A DNA stretch of 64,000 bases from an uncultured Candidatus Saccharibacteria bacterium (GTDB lineage Bacteria > Patescibacteriota > Minisyncoccia > Phycocordibacterales > CAIZLB01). The position numbers and the translations under genes are program-made. The notes beneath the pieces are model-generated. The model did no database searches and had not been told where the DNA came from. It saw only the letters and a program-made list of their open reading frames with translations. Positions 1 through 9,691 of this stretch are shown piece by piece. How positions within the stretch are numbered: the first letter of the stretch is position 1; every line of letters begins with the position of its first letter. The stretch spans positions 102,709 to 166,708 of the forward strand of contig CAYQJB010000001.1 in the NCBI GenBank assembly GCA_964417855.1. Reading direction: 5' to 3'.

Positions 1-1661
1 ATTAAAATCATACCTTGAGTTCTTGCATATTTTGTAATTGCAATTTCAGTTGGCTCTTTTAGAATAATTTCCTGCATTGTTTTATCCACCTCAAACATTT
101 CAGTTACAGCGATTCTTCCTTTTGTTCCACGTGGACAATCTGGAGTGGGACTAATTTTATAGACGTCCTTCATTTCAGGAATAACCCCTCTAAATTCTGT
201 TGGGATTTCTTCAAGGAATTTGTCAAAAATTGTCTTAATACTTCCTTCTACTGGAATTGTCGTAACAGCAGATTCATATGACTTACCAACAAGACGCTGT
301 GCCATTCCCAAAATCAACGTAGGAGCAATAAGATAAGGGTCAATTCCCATGTCCACAAGTCTAGGGATAATACCAACAGCTGAGTTGGTGTGAATTGTTG
401 ATAGCACCAAGTGACCAGTAAGAGCGGCTTGAATAGCCAACTCCGCCGTCTCCTTATCTCTAATCTCTCCAACCATTATAATATCTGGGTCCTGGCGAAG
501 AGTAGTACGCAATCCAGTTGCAAAAGTATATCCAATTTCTGGTCTAACCTGAGACTGACTTAATCCCTCAATATTATATTCAACCGGATCCTCAAGTGAC
601 AGCACATTGTTTTCTTCCAAATCAAGCTCCTTAACCATAGAATAAAGGGTTGTTGTCTTTCCAGATCCTGTAGGACCAGAAATAAGGATTAACCCATAAG
701 GCTTATCTAATGCCTCTTTAATTAATTTAAGATTTCTCTCTGGAAACCCTAACTCATCAAGTTTTTGAACACTTTTTTGTTGATCCAAGATACGCATTTC
801 AACTTTTTCTCCATAATATGTTGGAAATGTAGATACACGAAAGTCAATCTTTCTTCCGTCAATTCTTGCGGAAAAACGGTTATCTTGTGGCTTACGTTTT
901 TCATCGAGCTTAATATTGGAAAGAATTTTAATACGCGCAACAAGAGCGTCGTGAACTTTTGCAGGCAAAACAATACTTGTATATAAAACACCGTCTACTC
1001 GGAAACGAACACGAACTCTATCCTTCATTGGTTCAATATGAACGTCAGATACTCCTCCCTCAATTGCATAACGTAAGATTGTTGCAACAATTTTTGTAAC
1101 TGGCGCGTCTTCAATTATATTAGGTGCTCCCCCAACAGCAGGAGCCTTACCAAGATCACCTCTATCCTTCATCATTTCAACCTCTTCTGCTGAAAATTCA
1201 GTCTCTAAATCACCGAGAGCTTTATTAACTTCTCCGGCAATTCCATTATAAGCGGCTAATGCCTGGGTGAAATCATCCTCAGAGATAAGGAAGATTTTAA
1301 AAGGCATATTTGTCTTATTTGAAATAAAATTAAGAGCGTCTCTCGCCTCAATATTCTCAGGATCCACAATTCCAACCTCAAGAACTCCATCGGAAATACC
1401 AAGTGGAATAATTTTATAGTGATTTGCAGATTCTTCTGGAATATATTTTAAAACATCAAAAGCAATGTCCTTTCCGTCAAGTTCTCTTGTTGGTATTTTA
1501 AGATACTCACCTTTTGCTTTTACTATTGCTGTATTACTAATCTGTTTGGCACGCAAAATATCCTCTACAGATTGACCTGTGGTTGTTGCTTCATCTGATA
1601 TGTATGGGATATCCTCCGCTGATATCACATTTTGCTTTGCTAATACGTCTAAAAAACTCAT
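1..1661 (-). CDS. pilB: Type IV pilus assembly ATPase PilB/GspE family (C-terminus beyond window start)
   Basis: My own translation of the minus strand from ATG at 1661 runs open to position 1. Walker A is GPTGSGKTTTLY, followed by the Asp/His boxes typical of GspE ATPases. Absent from the ORF track only because it has no stop inside the window. Confidence 0.9.
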   Translation of the reverse strand, partial: MSFLDVLAKQNVISAEDIPYISDEATTTGQSVEDILRAKQISNTAIVKAKGEYLKIPTRELDGKDIAFDVLKYIPEESANHYKIIPLGISDGVLEVGIVDPENIEARDALNFISNKTNMPFKIFLISEDDFTQALAAYNGIAGEVNKALGDLETEFSAEEVEMMKDRGDLGKAPAVGGAPNIIEDAPVTKIVATILRYAIEGGVSDVHIEPMKDRVRVRFRVDGVLYTSIVLPAKVHDALVARIKILSNIKLDEKRKPQDNRFSARIDGRKIDFRVSTFPTYYGEKVEMRILDQQKSVQKLDELGFPERNLKLIKEALDKPYGLILISGPTGSGKTTTLYSMVKELDLEENNVLSLEDPVEYNIEGLSQSQVRPEIGYTFATGLRTTLRQDPDIIMVGEIRDKETAELAIQAALTGHLVLSTIHTNSAVGIIPRLVDMGIDPYLIAPTLILGMAQRLVGKSYESAVTTIPVEGSIKTIFDKFLEEIPTEFRGVIPEMKDVYKISPTPDCPRGTKGRIAVTEMFEVDKTMQEIILKEPTEIAITKYARTQGMIL

Positions 1662-1671
1662 ATTTATTTTA

Positions 1672-2214
1672 TTATTGTGGAAGTGCCACTGGAACAGCTT
1701 TCTTTTTAGTAGCGCTTGATGTTGCGGCCGCTGGAGCGCTTGATGTTGCAGTTTTTGGAACGAGCACTGGAGATTTTACAGCGGAGGATGTAGCGGTTGA
1801 AGTTCCAGCCGTATTTGTAATATTACCAGATATATCCTGGAAACTACCTGATGATTGTCCGGAATCAGATCCGATTGGTGCAAAAGGATTTGGTCTACCA
1901 ATTTCTTGGACTTGTATTTCTAGGTGATTATCAACTAACCCTAAAAATATAGGGTCCTTAAAGTAGGCCACTTTTAAATCAACACTTTGTATTGCAAGTA
2001 ATTGATCAACGAAGCTCTTAGCTAATTCATTATTAGGCACAACAGAACCGGTAGATGCAGCGCCTGTAGTTGATGTATCAACAGAAGTTTTCTGAAGTGT
2101 TGAAGAGTCCGTAGTTGGAGCGCCGCTTGTGTAGATAGTATAAGCAATAAAAGCAACAATCAAAACTACGATTATGATGATTAAATATTTAAATTTTTTA
2201 AGTGTTTCAATCAT
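1672..2214 (-). CDS. PilP-like pilus assembly protein (N-terminal TM anchor, RPNPF motif, Ser/Thr-rich tail)
   Basis: Single N-terminal TM helix. RPNPFAPIG resembles the PilP RDPF motif. Sits between pilO and pilB. Confidence 0.4.
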   Translation of the reverse strand: MIETLKKFKYLIIIIVVLIVAFIAYTIYTSGAPTTDSSTLQKTSVDTSTTGAASTGSVVPNNELAKSFVDQLLAIQSVDLKVAYFKDPIFLGLVDNHLEIQVQEIGRPNPFAPIGSDSGQSSGSFQDISGNITNTAGTSTATSSAVKSPVLVPKTATSSAPAAATSSATKKKAVPVALPQ

Positions 2215-2218
2215 GTTT

Positions 2219-2776
2219 TTATTTTAGCCAATAAGTCTGCAGGGTCACATTAAAATCATATTTATCATTGTCTGCTGCTGTAAAGGAAATTTCTGAAACA
2301 TCAACTAGACGAAGGTTATCTTCAAGACTTTGTAGAAATAGAATAAACTGATCATATGATGTTGTGACGCCAAAGTTAAGCGCGATTGTTCCATATTTTT
2401 TGTTATCAGACCCTATGCTTGGTGAAGCATTCCCTGTAGCTCCAGTCTTAGATGCACCTCCGATAACCTTTGCGCCTCTTATATTTTGAGACAAAACAAG
2501 ATTGGCGATGTGTTGAATATCGATAATAAGCTTAACGTTTTCTACTCCATCTGGGAGAAACTTATCTAGATTTTTTAATTGAACATCATCAATTTTCTTT
2601 CTATCAGATGTCAATTTCTCTCTCTTAACCCTTAACTCCATAGCCTTACCGTTTGCTTCATCTAATTTTTGAAGATCAGCTTGCTTTTGCTGAATTAATG
2701 CATAGTTTGGATTTATATAGAAAATAAACGCAGCTACGGCCGAAGCTATAAAAAATATTTGTGCGAGGGTTTTCAT
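2219..2776 (-). CDS. pilO: PilO-like pilus assembly protein
   Basis: N-terminal TM segment plus coiled coil (QKQADLQKLDEANGKAMELRVKREKL). Position after pilN. Confidence 0.6.
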   Translation of the reverse strand: MKTLAQIFFIASAVAAFIFYINPNYALIQQKQADLQKLDEANGKAMELRVKREKLTSDRKKIDDVQLKNLDKFLPDGVENVKLIIDIQHIANLVLSQNIRGAKVIGGASKTGATGNASPSIGSDNKKYGTIALNFGVTTSYDQFILFLQSLEDNLRLVDVSEISFTAADNDKYDFNVTLQTYWLK

Positions 2777-2777
2777 A

Positions 2778-3449
2778 TTATTGTCCTGTTACATTAGCTG
2801 GTTGAGTAGTGTCGACCGTAGTATCAGATGGAGGAGTCCTCTTGTAAACCTGATTATTTGGATCAGACTTCATCTTGTAATAATTCAAAAGAGTAGGGTC
2901 AACTCCAGTTGTGAAAGAGAACACAGCTTTACCAGAAGCAGTTAGGTCAGGGTCACTAAAAATAGTGTTTCTAAAAACATTTCTTAATTTAGGATTAGTA
3001 AAAGCACTAGCTTGAAGCGCAACAGCTTCATAACTAACAGCCTCGCCACTCATGGAAATAGAAATTTTATCACCACCAGCGTTTGTATATTTGAAATTTG
3101 TGAATCTTGCATTCTTAAGTGTTGTATCCCCTATCACTCCAAATAGTACTGATGGAGCAACGTGTTGTCTCAAAAGAAAATCAGCGGAATTTATTTTATC
3201 ATTTAAATGAGTAAACTCTTTGATGGTATTTTGATCGAATGAATTTCTGGCCAAATTTAAACTATTGTTTGTTGCTGCAATTTTGCTATCCAATTGATTG
3301 CTCCACAAATAGACAGCACCAGATGCCACACCACTTGCAATAAAAATCAAAAAAGAAATCAAGAAGAAAATATTTGAGCCAGCTCTTGACCTAACTGGTT
3401 CGTTAACCGGTTGCTTTGGTATAAATGATGATTGGAACTTTGTTTCCAT
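2778..3449 (-). CDS. pilN: PilN-like fimbrial assembly protein
   Basis: TM helix after a short cytoplasmic N-terminus, then periplasmic domain. Immediately downstream of pilM. Confidence 0.6.
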   Translation of the reverse strand: METKFQSSFIPKQPVNEPVRSRAGSNIFFLISFLIFIASGVASGAVYLWSNQLDSKIAATNNSLNLARNSFDQNTIKEFTHLNDKINSADFLLRQHVAPSVLFGVIGDTTLKNARFTNFKYTNAGGDKISISMSGEAVSYEAVALQASAFTNPKLRNVFRNTIFSDPDLTASGKAVFSFTTGVDPTLLNYYKMKSDPNNQVYKRTPPSDTTVDTTQPANVTGQ

Positions 3450-3549
3450 AAGAATTATTTAAATATAGTATACCACTAATTGCAATTTTAATGCATTGTT
3501 TTTCAAAAGTTTTCCACAAGTAAAATCGTTTTTCACTCTTATACAGCTT

Positions 3550-4671
3550 TTATGACACCTCCTGAAGTCTTCTTAGCGCAATCCCAACAGCAACAGCAAA
3601 TTCTAGCCCCGCATTCTTCAATACCCCCTCCAAAAAAGCAGGTGCCTCAACTTTACTGAATGGATCTCCAATCTCTACGGTTGTTTGAAAGTTTGCTGCG
3701 GCCATTTCTACAATCCCCTTCATAGCAACACCACCTCCTGTTAAAATAACCTTTGAGACAGTTTTATTAAATCTTTTTTGGTAACTCAAAAGTACACTAT
3801 TTGCTTCTGAAAAAATATAATCCATAGTAAGAGAAATAATTTCATATATTTTTTGCTCATCAGCTGGAGCTAGGGTTCCAAGAGACCTTTTCATATGCTC
3901 AGCACTATCAAAAGTAACATTCATTCCCTTAGAGATACTAGTGCTAACCTCTTGAGATCCTTTATTTATTATATGCGATGATTTAATTATACCTCTTTCA
4001 ATCATATAAATTTTTGTAGCCGCTGCGCCCATGTCAAAAATCATCACAGGCTCAATTTCCCCAGAAATCAAAGCTCTTGTACTACTGAACATCTCAATTT
4101 CAAAAAAACCAGTATCAAGCCCAGCTTGATTTACAATAGAACTATAATTACTGAGAACTTCATTATGAATTGATACAACCAAAACCTGTACCTTCTGTGG
4201 CACGTTTGTTTTTTCACCCTCTTCATCTTCTGCGTCCACAAAATCTAAATCACCATGTTCATTAGGGATTACCCACCAATCCATAGTCACTTCACTTATT
4301 GGAACAGGGATATATTTTCTTGCCTCAAGGGGAATCATTTCTTTTAGCTCCGCATCACTCACTTTTGGTAACTCAATAAGGGAAACAAGACTAGATTTAA
4401 ATGGAATTGAAACTCCAGAAATAAGACTTGTGACATTCGCTTCCTTAATAATATCTTTTATAGCCTCTGCAATTTTCTCAGCAGGCAGGACTGCTACCTG
4501 CCCAACCTGAAGACCTGCATATGGAGCAAGGGCAATTTCTCCATATGTTTCAAGTACGGCCTTGCCACGATGCTTTTTTAATTGCACAACCTTGATAGAA
4601 GAAGAGCCAATATCAACACCAATGACGCTTTGGTTGTTTTCTTGGAAAATTCTTTGGAGAAAATTTGACAT
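3550..4671 (-). CDS. pilM: Type IV pilus assembly protein PilM (actin-like ATPase)
   Basis: VIGVDIGSSSIKVVQL N-terminal actin-fold motif and C-terminal ILTGGGVAMKG motif. Confidence 0.85.
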   Translation of the reverse strand: MSNFLQRIFQENNQSVIGVDIGSSSIKVVQLKKHRGKAVLETYGEIALAPYAGLQVGQVAVLPAEKIAEAIKDIIKEANVTSLISGVSIPFKSSLVSLIELPKVSDAELKEMIPLEARKYIPVPISEVTMDWWVIPNEHGDLDFVDAEDEEGEKTNVPQKVQVLVVSIHNEVLSNYSSIVNQAGLDTGFFEIEMFSSTRALISGEIEPVMIFDMGAAATKIYMIERGIIKSSHIINKGSQEVSTSISKGMNVTFDSAEHMKRSLGTLAPADEQKIYEIISLTMDYIFSEANSVLLSYQKRFNKTVSKVILTGGGVAMKGIVEMAAANFQTTVEIGDPFSKVEAPAFLEGVLKNAGLEFAVAVGIALRRLQEVS

Positions 4672-4789
4672 AGGTGTGTTATGTAAATGTATACAGTGTT
4701 GTCTTTACTATTTATACAATAAATAGCCATACAGACATTCTACTGTGCGTAACATTATTATTAATAGTATACACCATAAAAAATAAAAT

Positions 4790-5479
4790 ATGAACAATAA
4801 ACAAATTAATTGTGAAGAAAAAGAAGACAAAAGAGAAAATAGCAAAATTAAATCTATTTTTTGCTATGGAGACGCCGATGTAAAGAAAATGATATGGTCA
4901 TTTAAGACCGATAAGACATTTTATAAATCGCAAGACAGCCTTATTCCACTAAGGGCTGTAGCTAAAGAACTTGTGAATGAAAATTTGCAAAATATCATTA
5001 TTTGCGTGCCTTCATCCTCATTTTGGCATAATAAAAAAAGTTTTGACCATATGCACTTATTTATAAGGAATTTAAGAAGATTTTTTGAAGGAATTTGTAA
5101 AAACAAATCATTTACAATCACAGATAAGCCGGTTTGCTCAAACTTTGAATATATCCCCTATTCAATAATTCCTCATTTGAACAAGGATTTACAGAAGGGA
5201 TTAAATAAAAATGAGCGCAGTATACAAACAGTCGGAGCATATCAATTAAGTTATTATTTTAAATTCCGTATAAAATTACTCCTGAAAAAAATAACTAGTC
5301 AAACCAATCAAACAGATCAAAACAAGAGTCCTATATTGCAGATTTTAATTATGGACGATGTGATGACAACAGGCTCAACAATAAAAGAGTGCCGTAGGGT
5401 TGTATATGAATACTTACAAAAAATAGAGGCGGATGAAGTGGTGCATGTAAACTGTTTAACACTAGCTTATGAAGCCTAA
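4790..5479 (+). CDS. comFC: ComFC-like phosphoribosyltransferase-domain competence protein
   Basis: C-terminal PRTase motif ILIMDDVMTTGSTI. Divergent from the pilus operon. Start may be an internal Met (for example 4892). Confidence 0.65.
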   Translation: MNNKQINCEEKEDKRENSKIKSIFCYGDADVKKMIWSFKTDKTFYKSQDSLIPLRAVAKELVNENLQNIIICVPSSSFWHNKKSFDHMHLFIRNLRRFFEGICKNKSFTITDKPVCSNFEYIPYSIIPHLNKDLQKGLNKNERSIQTVGAYQLSYYFKFRIKLLLKKITSQTNQTDQNKSPILQILIMDDVMTTGSTIKECRRVVYEYLQKIEADEVVHVNCLTLAYEA

Positions 5480-5605
5480 TATCGATAAAATACAAAGAAA
5501 TGAAAAAATGGACATTAGACCTTAAATTATGTAGTATTTTGACCAGATAGATAGTAGTAAATTAAATCAATAAATCAACACACAACCAATAGAAATAGAC
5601 ACGCA

Positions 5606-6934
5606 ATGAAACGTAAAGGTATAAATGCAAACATTAAAGTCGCAAAGTTTGGTGGAACCTCGCTTGCTGACGCAAATCAGATAAAGAAAGTTTTGGCCAT
5701 CATTCAAGCAGACAGTGAGCTTCAATACATTGTAGTCTCTGCCCCAGGTAAGCGACATTCCAAAGACAAGAAAATTACGTCCCTTTTGGAGAAATGGCAT
5801 CAGCTTCACAAAAACGGCCATTCCTACGCAAGAGTACAGAAAATTGTTAGCAATAGATTTTCTAAAATAGTTCAAGAGCTTGGAATCAAGCTGGATATTC
5901 ATGCAGAAATGGTAGAAATTGCGCACTGGATTAACTCTGGTGCAACATTAGACTATGCAATCAGTAGAGGTGAATACCTTATGGGCAAAATTATTGCCAT
6001 TGCTCTTGAATATGATTTTGTGGACCCAGCAACTTGCATTAATTTTAACAGGCAAGGACAACACATTGAGGATTATAAGCAGATTGGAAAAATCCTCAAA
6101 GGCAAAAAAGCTGTCATCCCAGGATTTTACGGCGCCTCGCAAGATGGATTCATAAAGACTTTTTCTCGAGGTGGCTCTGACATAACGGGGGCAATAATTG
6201 CCTGCGCAGTTAGAGCAGCTGTCTACGAAAACTGGACCGACGTGTCAGGCTTTCTAATGGCAGATCCCAGAGTGGTTGAGAGGCCGATGAAAATTGAATC
6301 AATGACTCACCGTGAACAACGTGAACTTTCCTATATGGGAGCCGGTGTATTTCATGAAGAAGCAATGTTCCCTCTTCGAAACACAGGGACTGCTATCAAC
6401 ATAAGAAACACCAATGATCCTAGCAATAGTGGAACGCTCATTGTTGCTGATGGTGGACAAGGAAGAAAACCGTGGGTTATCACGGGCGTTGCTGGTCGCA
6501 AAAACTTCACGTCAATTAGAGTGGAAAAGGCGATCATGAACAGACAGGTTGGATTTGCTAGAAAAATTCTCACCATACTTGAGAAAAATGATATCAGTTT
6601 TGAGCACATACCAGGGGGTATTGATACGTTAAGCATCATCATTAATGACAAACAACTTTATGGAAAAAAACAAAAGGTTGTGCGAGAAATTAGAAAGATA
6701 TGTTCACCAGATTTGATTAAAATAACCTCGGGAATGGCTATGATTGCAATTGTCGGACAGGCCATGGTCCACCGTCCTGGAATTGCCGCAATTGTTTTTA
6801 CAGCGCTCGCAAATGAGAAAATTAATGTGAAAATGATCAATCAGGGATCAAGTGAAATCAGTATTATCATCGGCGTCAAAAACGACGATTATGAGAATGC
6901 TGTACGCGCGATCTACGAGGGTTTTGTAGGATAG
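5606..6934 (+). CDS. lysC: Aspartate kinase (amino-acid kinase domain plus two ACT domains)
   Basis: VAKFGGTSLADA kinase motif near the N-terminus. C-terminal ACT-like repeats (IAIVGQAMVHRPGIAA..., INVKMINQGSSEISI). Confidence 0.8.
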   Translation: MKRKGINANIKVAKFGGTSLADANQIKKVLAIIQADSELQYIVVSAPGKRHSKDKKITSLLEKWHQLHKNGHSYARVQKIVSNRFSKIVQELGIKLDIHAEMVEIAHWINSGATLDYAISRGEYLMGKIIAIALEYDFVDPATCINFNRQGQHIEDYKQIGKILKGKKAVIPGFYGASQDGFIKTFSRGGSDITGAIIACAVRAAVYENWTDVSGFLMADPRVVERPMKIESMTHREQRELSYMGAGVFHEEAMFPLRNTGTAINIRNTNDPSNSGTLIVADGGQGRKPWVITGVAGRKNFTSIRVEKAIMNRQVGFARKILTILEKNDISFEHIPGGIDTLSIIINDKQLYGKKQKVVREIRKICSPDLIKITSGMAMIAIVGQAMVHRPGIAAIVFTALANEKINVKMINQGSSEISIIIGVKNDDYENAVRAIYEGFVG

Positions 6935-6966
6935 GGATTTTTCACAATCAACTTGGCCGCTTTGCG

Positions 6967-6995
6967 TTTTACGCAAAGCGGCCATTCTTTTGTTT
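6967..6995. terminator. Bidirectional intrinsic terminator hairpin (ggccgctttgcg/cgcaaagcggcc)
   Basis: Perfect 12-bp stem between convergent lysC and the phosphatase gene. Confidence 0.6.
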
Positions 6996-6996
6996 A

Positions 6997-7425
6997 TCAT
7001 TCTACGCTAATCAATCCTTGAACAAATTTAAATATCTTTTCATAAGTATCCTTTGCAATTTCTGCTGTAACAAATTTTGGATCCTCCACTTTCCACCAAA
7101 TAACTTTTTTATCATTCCTCAGAAAATCTGGAATATATGGCTCTTGTGCCATTGAAACAACAACGTTATGTTCTTCTAGCATCTCTGGGAGTAATCGTCT
7201 TGTCTTATTCATTCTTATATTCATGCCATTCAATTCCATTAAATCAAAGAAGTCTTCTGTTAAAAACACATTACACAAAAGCTGCCCCTCAGGTTCATCT
7301 ACCGCCCCCGTATAAGTACCTGCTGAGTCAGAGTCGTTTGAATCTGTAAGCTTATTATAAATAGACATAGCCATCTGACTTCTGAACATATTTCCCTTGC
7401 ATATGAATAAAACTTTTTTAGGCAT
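6997..7425 (-). CDS. Low-molecular-weight protein phosphatase family (LMW-PTP / ArsC-YwlE-like)
   Basis: CX5R P-loop VLFICKGNMFRSQMA. Start set at Met35 of the track ORF (ATG at 7425) because the longer ORF overlaps a tRNA gene. Confidence 0.7.
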   Translation of the reverse strand: MPKKVLFICKGNMFRSQMAMSIYNKLTDSNDSDSAGTYTGAVDEPEGQLLCNVFLTEDFFDLMELNGMNIRMNKTRRLLPEMLEEHNVVVSMAQEPYIPDFLRNDKKVIWWKVEDPKFVTAEIAKDTYEKIFKFVQGLISVE

Positions 7426-7427
7426 TT

Positions 7428-7519
7428 TGGCGGAGACGGAGGGATTCGAACCCTCGGTGCCGTTTAAAGGGCACACCTCTTTAGCAAAGAGGCACGTTAG
7501 ACCACTCTGACACGTCTCC
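7428..7519 (-). tRNA. tRNA-Ser (anticodon GCU), class II with long variable arm, CCA encoded
   Basis: Acceptor GGAGACG/CGTCTCC. Anticodon stem CCTCT/AGAGG with loop TTGCTAA. T-arm GAGGGTTCGAATCCCTC. Confidence 0.85.
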
Positions 7520-7558
7520 AACATCATTAAGATAGCACAAAATAGAGTATTTTACTAC

Positions 7559-7891
7559 ATGATAATTACGACCAATTCAAGGTTTGACACCATCGGTAAT
7601 TTAATATATCATTCAAACATGCATTTGAATGAATTAGCCAAGTTAATACGCACAGCCGGTGATGAAAGTAGGCTCAAAATCCTATGCATTATTTTTAATA
7701 AGAAGAAAATATGCGTATCTGACCTAGCAGAAGAATTGCATATGGGCATAGCCATCGTATCCCATCACCTTCAAGTCATGTCTCGTGAAGGACTAGTAAT
7801 CCCTGTACGGGACGGCAAAAGAATTTGTTACGAGCTTCCCAAAGAAGCATTTATTAAAGACTTAAAAAAATTTATTTGTAAATACAAATAA
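7559..7891 (+). CDS. ArsR/SmtB-family HTH transcriptional regulator
   Basis: Winged-HTH core LKILCIIFNKKKICVSDLAEELHMGIAIVSHHLQVMSREGLV. True start probably Met at 7619. Confidence 0.7.
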   Translation: MIITTNSRFDTIGNLIYHSNMHLNELAKLIRTAGDESRLKILCIIFNKKKICVSDLAEELHMGIAIVSHHLQVMSREGLVIPVRDGKRICYELPKEAFIKDLKKFICKYK

Positions 7892-7910
7892 TAGACTAAA
7901 AAATTAAAAT

Positions 7911-8153
7911 ATGAATACAACAAATCACAAAGTTATAGTTTACGGAACTCAAACATGTCCATACTGTATATACGCAAAAGATTACTTCAATGAAAATAAT
8001 ATCCCCTTTGAAGACATTGATGTAACAAAGGATCAAGTAAAGGCACAAGAAATGATTACCAAAAGTGGCCAAATGGGAGTACCTGTAATTGATATAGATG
8101 GAAACATATTAATTGGATTCCAGCCTGAGGCTTTTGCAGAACTACTAAAATAG
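7911..8153 (+). CDS. Glutaredoxin (CPYC active site)
   Basis: VIVYGTQTCPYCIYAK thioredoxin-fold active site. 80 aa. Confidence 0.8.
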   Translation: MNTTNHKVIVYGTQTCPYCIYAKDYFNENNIPFEDIDVTKDQVKAQEMITKSGQMGVPVIDIDGNILIGFQPEAFAELLK

Positions 8154-8157
8154 CTTA

Positions 8158-8191
8158 TTTGGGGTCAGGCACCATGGTGCCTGACCCCAAA
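8158..8191. repeat. GC-rich palindromic element (tttggggtcaggcac catg gtgcctgaccccaaa), likely bidirectional terminator. Member of a repeated family (second copy 15749..15803)
   Basis: Perfect 15-bp stem between convergent grx and ung. The same 14-nt arm recurs at 15749. Confidence 0.6.
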
Positions 8192-8193
8192 TA

Positions 8194-8874
8194 TTATTTC
8201 CAATCAATCTCCCTTACTCCACGTTTCTTAAGATATTTATTTGTCTTACTAAAATGCTTGGTACCAAAGAACCCCTTGTATACTGAGAATGGCGATGGAT
8301 GCGCTGCCTCAAGTACAAGATGTTTTTTTGTATCAATTTTTTTACCCTTCTTTTTTGCATAATTTCCCCACAATATAAAAACCAAGCCTTCTCTCTCAGA
8401 AGATAACTTTTCAATTACAAAATCTGTAAATTCCTCCCACCCCTTTTTCTGATGTGACCCTGGAGCATGCGAACCAACAGTTAATGTCGCATTCAAAAGA
8501 AGCACCCCTTGTTTTGCCCATCTAGATAAATCTCCACTTTTCTGTGGAACTATATGTAAATCGTTCTCAATTTCTTTATAAATATTTTTTAACGATGGAG
8601 GTGGCGTAACCCCATCGTTAACAGAGAAGCACAGCCCATTTGCCTGATTTGGACCATGATATGGATCCTGACCAATAATCACCACTTTCACATTCTCAAA
8701 CGAACATAAATTGAAGGCTCTAAAGATGTTTTGTTTTGCTGGATAAGTTTCAACTCCACCCTTCAAATACTCTCCATGAACAAAACTAGATAAAGCCTTA
8801 AAATACGGCTTTTTAAACTCACCCAAAAGAACCTTCTTCCAGGAATCTTCAATTTTGACTTCCTTATCAAACAT
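8194..8874 (-). CDS. ung: Uracil-DNA glycosylase family 1
   Basis: VVIIGQDPYHGPNQANGLCFSV water-activating motif. HPSPFS near the C-terminus. Confidence 0.9.
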   Translation of the reverse strand: MFDKEVKIEDSWKKVLLGEFKKPYFKALSSFVHGEYLKGGVETYPAKQNIFRAFNLCSFENVKVVIIGQDPYHGPNQANGLCFSVNDGVTPPPSLKNIYKEIENDLHIVPQKSGDLSRWAKQGVLLLNATLTVGSHAPGSHQKKGWEEFTDFVIEKLSSEREGLVFILWGNYAKKKGKKIDTKKHLVLEAAHPSPFSVYKGFFGTKHFSKTNKYLKKRGVREIDWK

Positions 8875-8954
8875 TAGCTGTATTATAGGTAAAAAGGCAA
8901 AAAATTCAAATAAGTTTGAAATATCTCAAAAATAAGATATACTGCCACATACAA

Positions 8955-9041
8955 GGAGGATTGGATGAGCGGCTTAAATCAACAGTTTACTAAACTGTCG
9001 GCTTGGAAACAGGCCCGTGAGTTCGAATCTCACATCCTCCG
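8955..9041 (+). tRNA. Class II (long variable arm, Ser-type) tRNA with apparent anticodon ACU. Possible pseudo-tRNA or atypical tRNA-Ser
   Basis: Acceptor GGAGGAT/ATCCTCC. D stem GAT/ATC. Anticodon stem ACAGT/ACTGT with loop TTACTAA. Variable arm GGCTTG-GAAA-CAGGCC. T-arm GTGAGTTCGAATCTCAC. CCA not encoded. Confidence 0.65.
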
Positions 9042-9184
9042 CAAAATAATGGGCATAGCCCATATATTTTGCGAGAGTGCAGAATAGGTTGCGAAGCGAC
9101 CGTAATTCTGCCTCCGCAAGTCATATTACCCTTAAAATTTGACACCCTCTGTATCTTTGTTAAACTATAGGTACAAATAGACTT

Positions 9185-9310
9185 TTAGTCGCAACCCCAA
9201 GCTTTTCCAAGAAGCTTGGGGATTAAATTTACAACATTTTCTATAATCTTATTATATTCAGAAGTATTTAGCCTACCCATTCTTAAGCCTAATCTTTTTG
9301 CATCATATAG
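9185..9310 (-). pseudogene. Truncated 3' fragment (about 41 codons) of a MazF/PemK-like toxin gene, paralogous to 10823..11239
   Basis: Minus-strand translation LYDAKRLGLRMGRLNTSEYNKIIENVVNLIPKLLGKAWGCD* aligns with the C-terminus of the full copy (RLYDSRRLGPRIGKLDKIGYNDVIKNIVNFIPKPLVETWGSD*). The 3'-most ~50 nt have the highest nucleotide identity, estimated by eye at about 80%. Confidence 0.55.
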
Positions 9311-9407
9311 CGCGGCAGAGACACCTGAAAAATAAAAAACCCACCCAATAGCTGACCCCTAGGCCTAAAACTATTGTGTGGGTTATTTTTATGTCAACCT
9401 TCCCCAA

Positions 9408-9686
9408 CTAGCGAGTCAACACTCCAGTCCGATGAAACCAATTCAATAGCATTGCTGTTAACCATCCAACCACATACCCAACAATGAATGTAAATATAAT
9501 CAAAGTCAGAGCGATACTAAATGAAAATGGCTGTACCTGAAATGGATTGTTAACAAAATGTAATCCAAATATCCAATCCATATAAATCTGGGCCCATCCG
9601 ATAAGCACAAAAAGACTCCAACATAAGTGAAATCCTCCCATTATACTTCCTGTAGCTAGACCTACTTTATTTTTATTAAGATTCAT
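9408..9686 (-). CDS. Small integral membrane protein (2-3 TM helices), unknown function
   Basis: 92-aa hydrophobic ORF followed by hairpin 9344..9385. Confidence 0.4.
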   Translation of the reverse strand: MNLNKNKVGLATGSIMGGFHLCWSLFVLIGWAQIYMDWIFGLHFVNNPFQVQPFSFSIALTLIIFTFIVGYVVGWLTAMLLNWFHRTGVLTR

Positions 9687-9691
9687 GAGTG

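Noticed and set aside
749-991. 80-aa (minus) and 73-aa (plus) ORFs in the track
   Set aside because: Both are out of frame with, and embedded in, the long uninterrupted PilB reading frame (1..1661, minus) that I translated directly. They are frame artefacts.
7426-7527. N-terminal 34 codons of track ORF 6997..7527
   Set aside because: They overlap the tRNA-Ser(GCU) gene at 7428..7519. A conserved phosphatase P-loop begins right after the internal Met, so the CDS was shortened to 6997..7425.
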